Of a DNA stretch of 64,000 bases, positions 62,213 to 64,000 are shown in pieces; position 1 is the first letter of the stretch, and every line of letters begins with the position of its first letter. Under the pieces are notes generated by a model. The model was not told the DNA's origin, ran no database searches, and was given only the letters and a program-made list of their open reading frames with translations. Both the position numbers and the translations under genes were made by a program. The stretch spans positions 48,114,001-48,178,000 of the forward strand of contig OZ076409.1 of the NCBI GenBank assembly GCA_964187785.1, read 5' to 3'. The stretch is from Amphiscolops sp. MND2022. Its lineage: Eukaryota.

Positions 62213-63068
62213 TTACTCAAATTTGTGGAAAATATTCATATTTTCTAACGTTTTGTTGTTAGAGTCAAAGTTGAATATGCTTCTTAAAAAATCTTGTTCA
62301 TAGTATTTTCCTCGAATAATTTCTCCATTTTCATCATTTAGAGTGTATGTTACTGGGTTTGTTTTGTTGATGCTGTGTATTTTAAAAAGTTCTCTATTCC
62401 AATTTGTTGTATAACCTTTTGAATAAATATTCCTTTTGTCAGGAACTCTTACAAAATCCCCCACTTGGAATTTGGGTTGTTCCGGTTTATTAACAAAAGT
62501 AGGTGGATCTATTGGTTTTTTATTCGCTTCAAAAGGTGTCATTTTTGTTGTGGTATGGACACGATTAAATATACTTATCCAAAGCATTATTAATGTGATT
62601 CAACCAGTTACCTTTACCCTCAATATACATTGGTTCTTTGATTAAGTCCAAAAGTGTTCTATTGAAACGTTCAACAAAAACAGCCTTCAAATCTGAATTA
62701 GTTGAATAAATTTGAATGTTTTGCTCTTTTAAATATTGTAAAAATGTTGTGTTGTAAAACTCTTTACCTCTATCACTCCAAATTTTGTGTGGTTTTCTCT
62801 TCTCTTTTTCAATGAGACCTTTTAATGCAGTAGTTGTACTTTTTAATGATTTATCTTTGAGGGGAATCGCCCATGCATATTTAGTATGATTGTCAATTAT
62901 TGTCAATATAAACTTGTAGTTTTTGTTGTATTTGCCTAAATTTGAGCGATCAATTAAATCGATACTCCAACATACATCTTTATAGTGAGTTTGTATTTGA
63001 ATTCTTTGAAACTTCTTGATTACAGGAGAGAATATTTCTTTAGCAATTTCTTTCTTATTTTGATTCAT
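62213..63068 (-). pseudogene. rve integrase of element 2 (frameshift near 62570)
   Basis: WSIDLID, IDNHTKYAW, WSDRGKEF, VERFNRTL; C-terminal KGYTTNW...YYEQD. Confidence 0.9.
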
Positions 63069-63091
63069 TTATAACAATTTTTTATAAATAA

Positions 63092-64000
63092 ATGAATAAT
63101 GATTATTGCTTGCAGAGCTATAGAAATAATTATCAAGGTGAAGGAGACGGCGCGGGAGGCGGCGCGAGAGCTGGTGCAACCAATTGGTTTCATAAAACAC
63201 GAATCTATAAACTAATCACAAATCCTATGTTTATTGTATGTTTAATTATATTTATAGGTATTAATGTTGTAATATATTGGAATTATATTCGCCCTAGACA
63301 GTTTAAAACAATTTATGAAAAACTACTACAATTTGCAGGGTTCAAATACTCTCATCTGACAAACCAGGAACGCGAAGCCCCCCTGGATACACGCGAAGCT
63401 ACGCACAACAACAACTCACATAACAATTCTCATTGCAACGCGCATTTCATATTCTATGGCAGTAGTGGCTCTGGGAAGACAAGTTTTTAAAAGCATTATT
63501 TGGCACAACGTCCCCACGACAAGTCCTGTGATAACCCCCGCAGTTATTTAGTATTTGGGAGAGATGAACGTGAGTTTCCCTCTCAAAATTTTGTACCACT
63601 ACTGCAGTTGGAGAAAGTTAGTATTGAATCACTTGCTAATAAAATTGTTGTACTGGATGATGCAGGTCCATACAAGAACCTTAGATTGAAAGTAGAAGAC
63701 CTTTTCCGATTTGGTAGACACTTGGGGATTCAAGTAATTTATCTCGCTCACTATGCAAAGGATGTACTTCCAATCGTGAGGGAAAATTGCTTCAAAATAT
63801 ACTTAACAATTAATAACCCAGATAATTTCTTCGAGCCGATTGCACAAACTTATGCAATAGCTTCCGCGAAAGCTAACGCAATTAATGGACTTAATTGGAA
63901 ATACTACCGGGATCAGTTAGAATATGGCATAGTTGAATTTGACACAAGGAGTCAGAAATACAAGGTATTAAACAACAAGTACAACTTAATTTATGATTCG
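63092..64000 (+). pseudogene. TM-anchored packaging-type ATPase of element 2 (nonsense TAA at 63488, runs off the window)
   Basis: MFIVCLIIFIGINVVIYW is in the same frame as Walker A GSSGSGKT; downstream LDDAG, RFGRH and VRENC. Confidence 0.85.

Larger units (their letters stand above)
54982..64000. mobile_element. Polinton/Maverick element 2, inverted relative to element 1 and truncated by the window end
   Basis: Starts AGTAGTAGTGGAAATCCCGATACTGGCC (cf. element 1 AGTAGTAAGCGAAATCCCGATTCGGGCC). Same gene order: hypothetical, TM protein, PolB, MCP, integrase, ATPase. Confidence 0.93.

Overview
AT-rich, repeat-dense eukaryotic (invertebrate-like) genomic DNA; the species cannot be determined from the sequence alone. 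One host gene is recognisable: a 3-exon PMP22/claudin-family tetraspan gene on the minus strand (14820->5015). Its first intron holds a full-length, decayed Gypsy LTR retrotransposon nested in a foldback-like element. The interval 13-30 kb is a mosaic of non-autonomous DNA elements (Helentron/DINE-1-like, Merlin-like, long hairpins, decayed gag-like fragments). The right half contains two related endogenous Polinton/Maverick (adintovirus-like) elements in inverted orientation. Element 1 (30499-51257) is complete, with ~600-bp TIRs and a GTCTTC 6-bp TSD, and is interrupted by a BEL/Pao retrotransposon (34494-40936). Element 2 starts at 54982 and runs off the window. Both encode protein-primed PolB, rve integrase, double-jelly-roll MCP and a packaging ATPase; element 1 also shows a penton, an adenain-like protease and a second ATPase. 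Most genes are frameshifted. The most unusual signals lie inside the Polintons: (i) a GC-rich 12-bp quasi-palindrome (GCGYAGCTTCGC) scattered through both elements and inserted in-frame at different coding positions in each; (ii) tRNA-like/Pol III-type structured RNA units near the termini; (iii) a TAAATG motif at nearly every gene start; (iv) two tandem packaging-type ATPases, one fused to a zinc finger and one to a membrane anchor.
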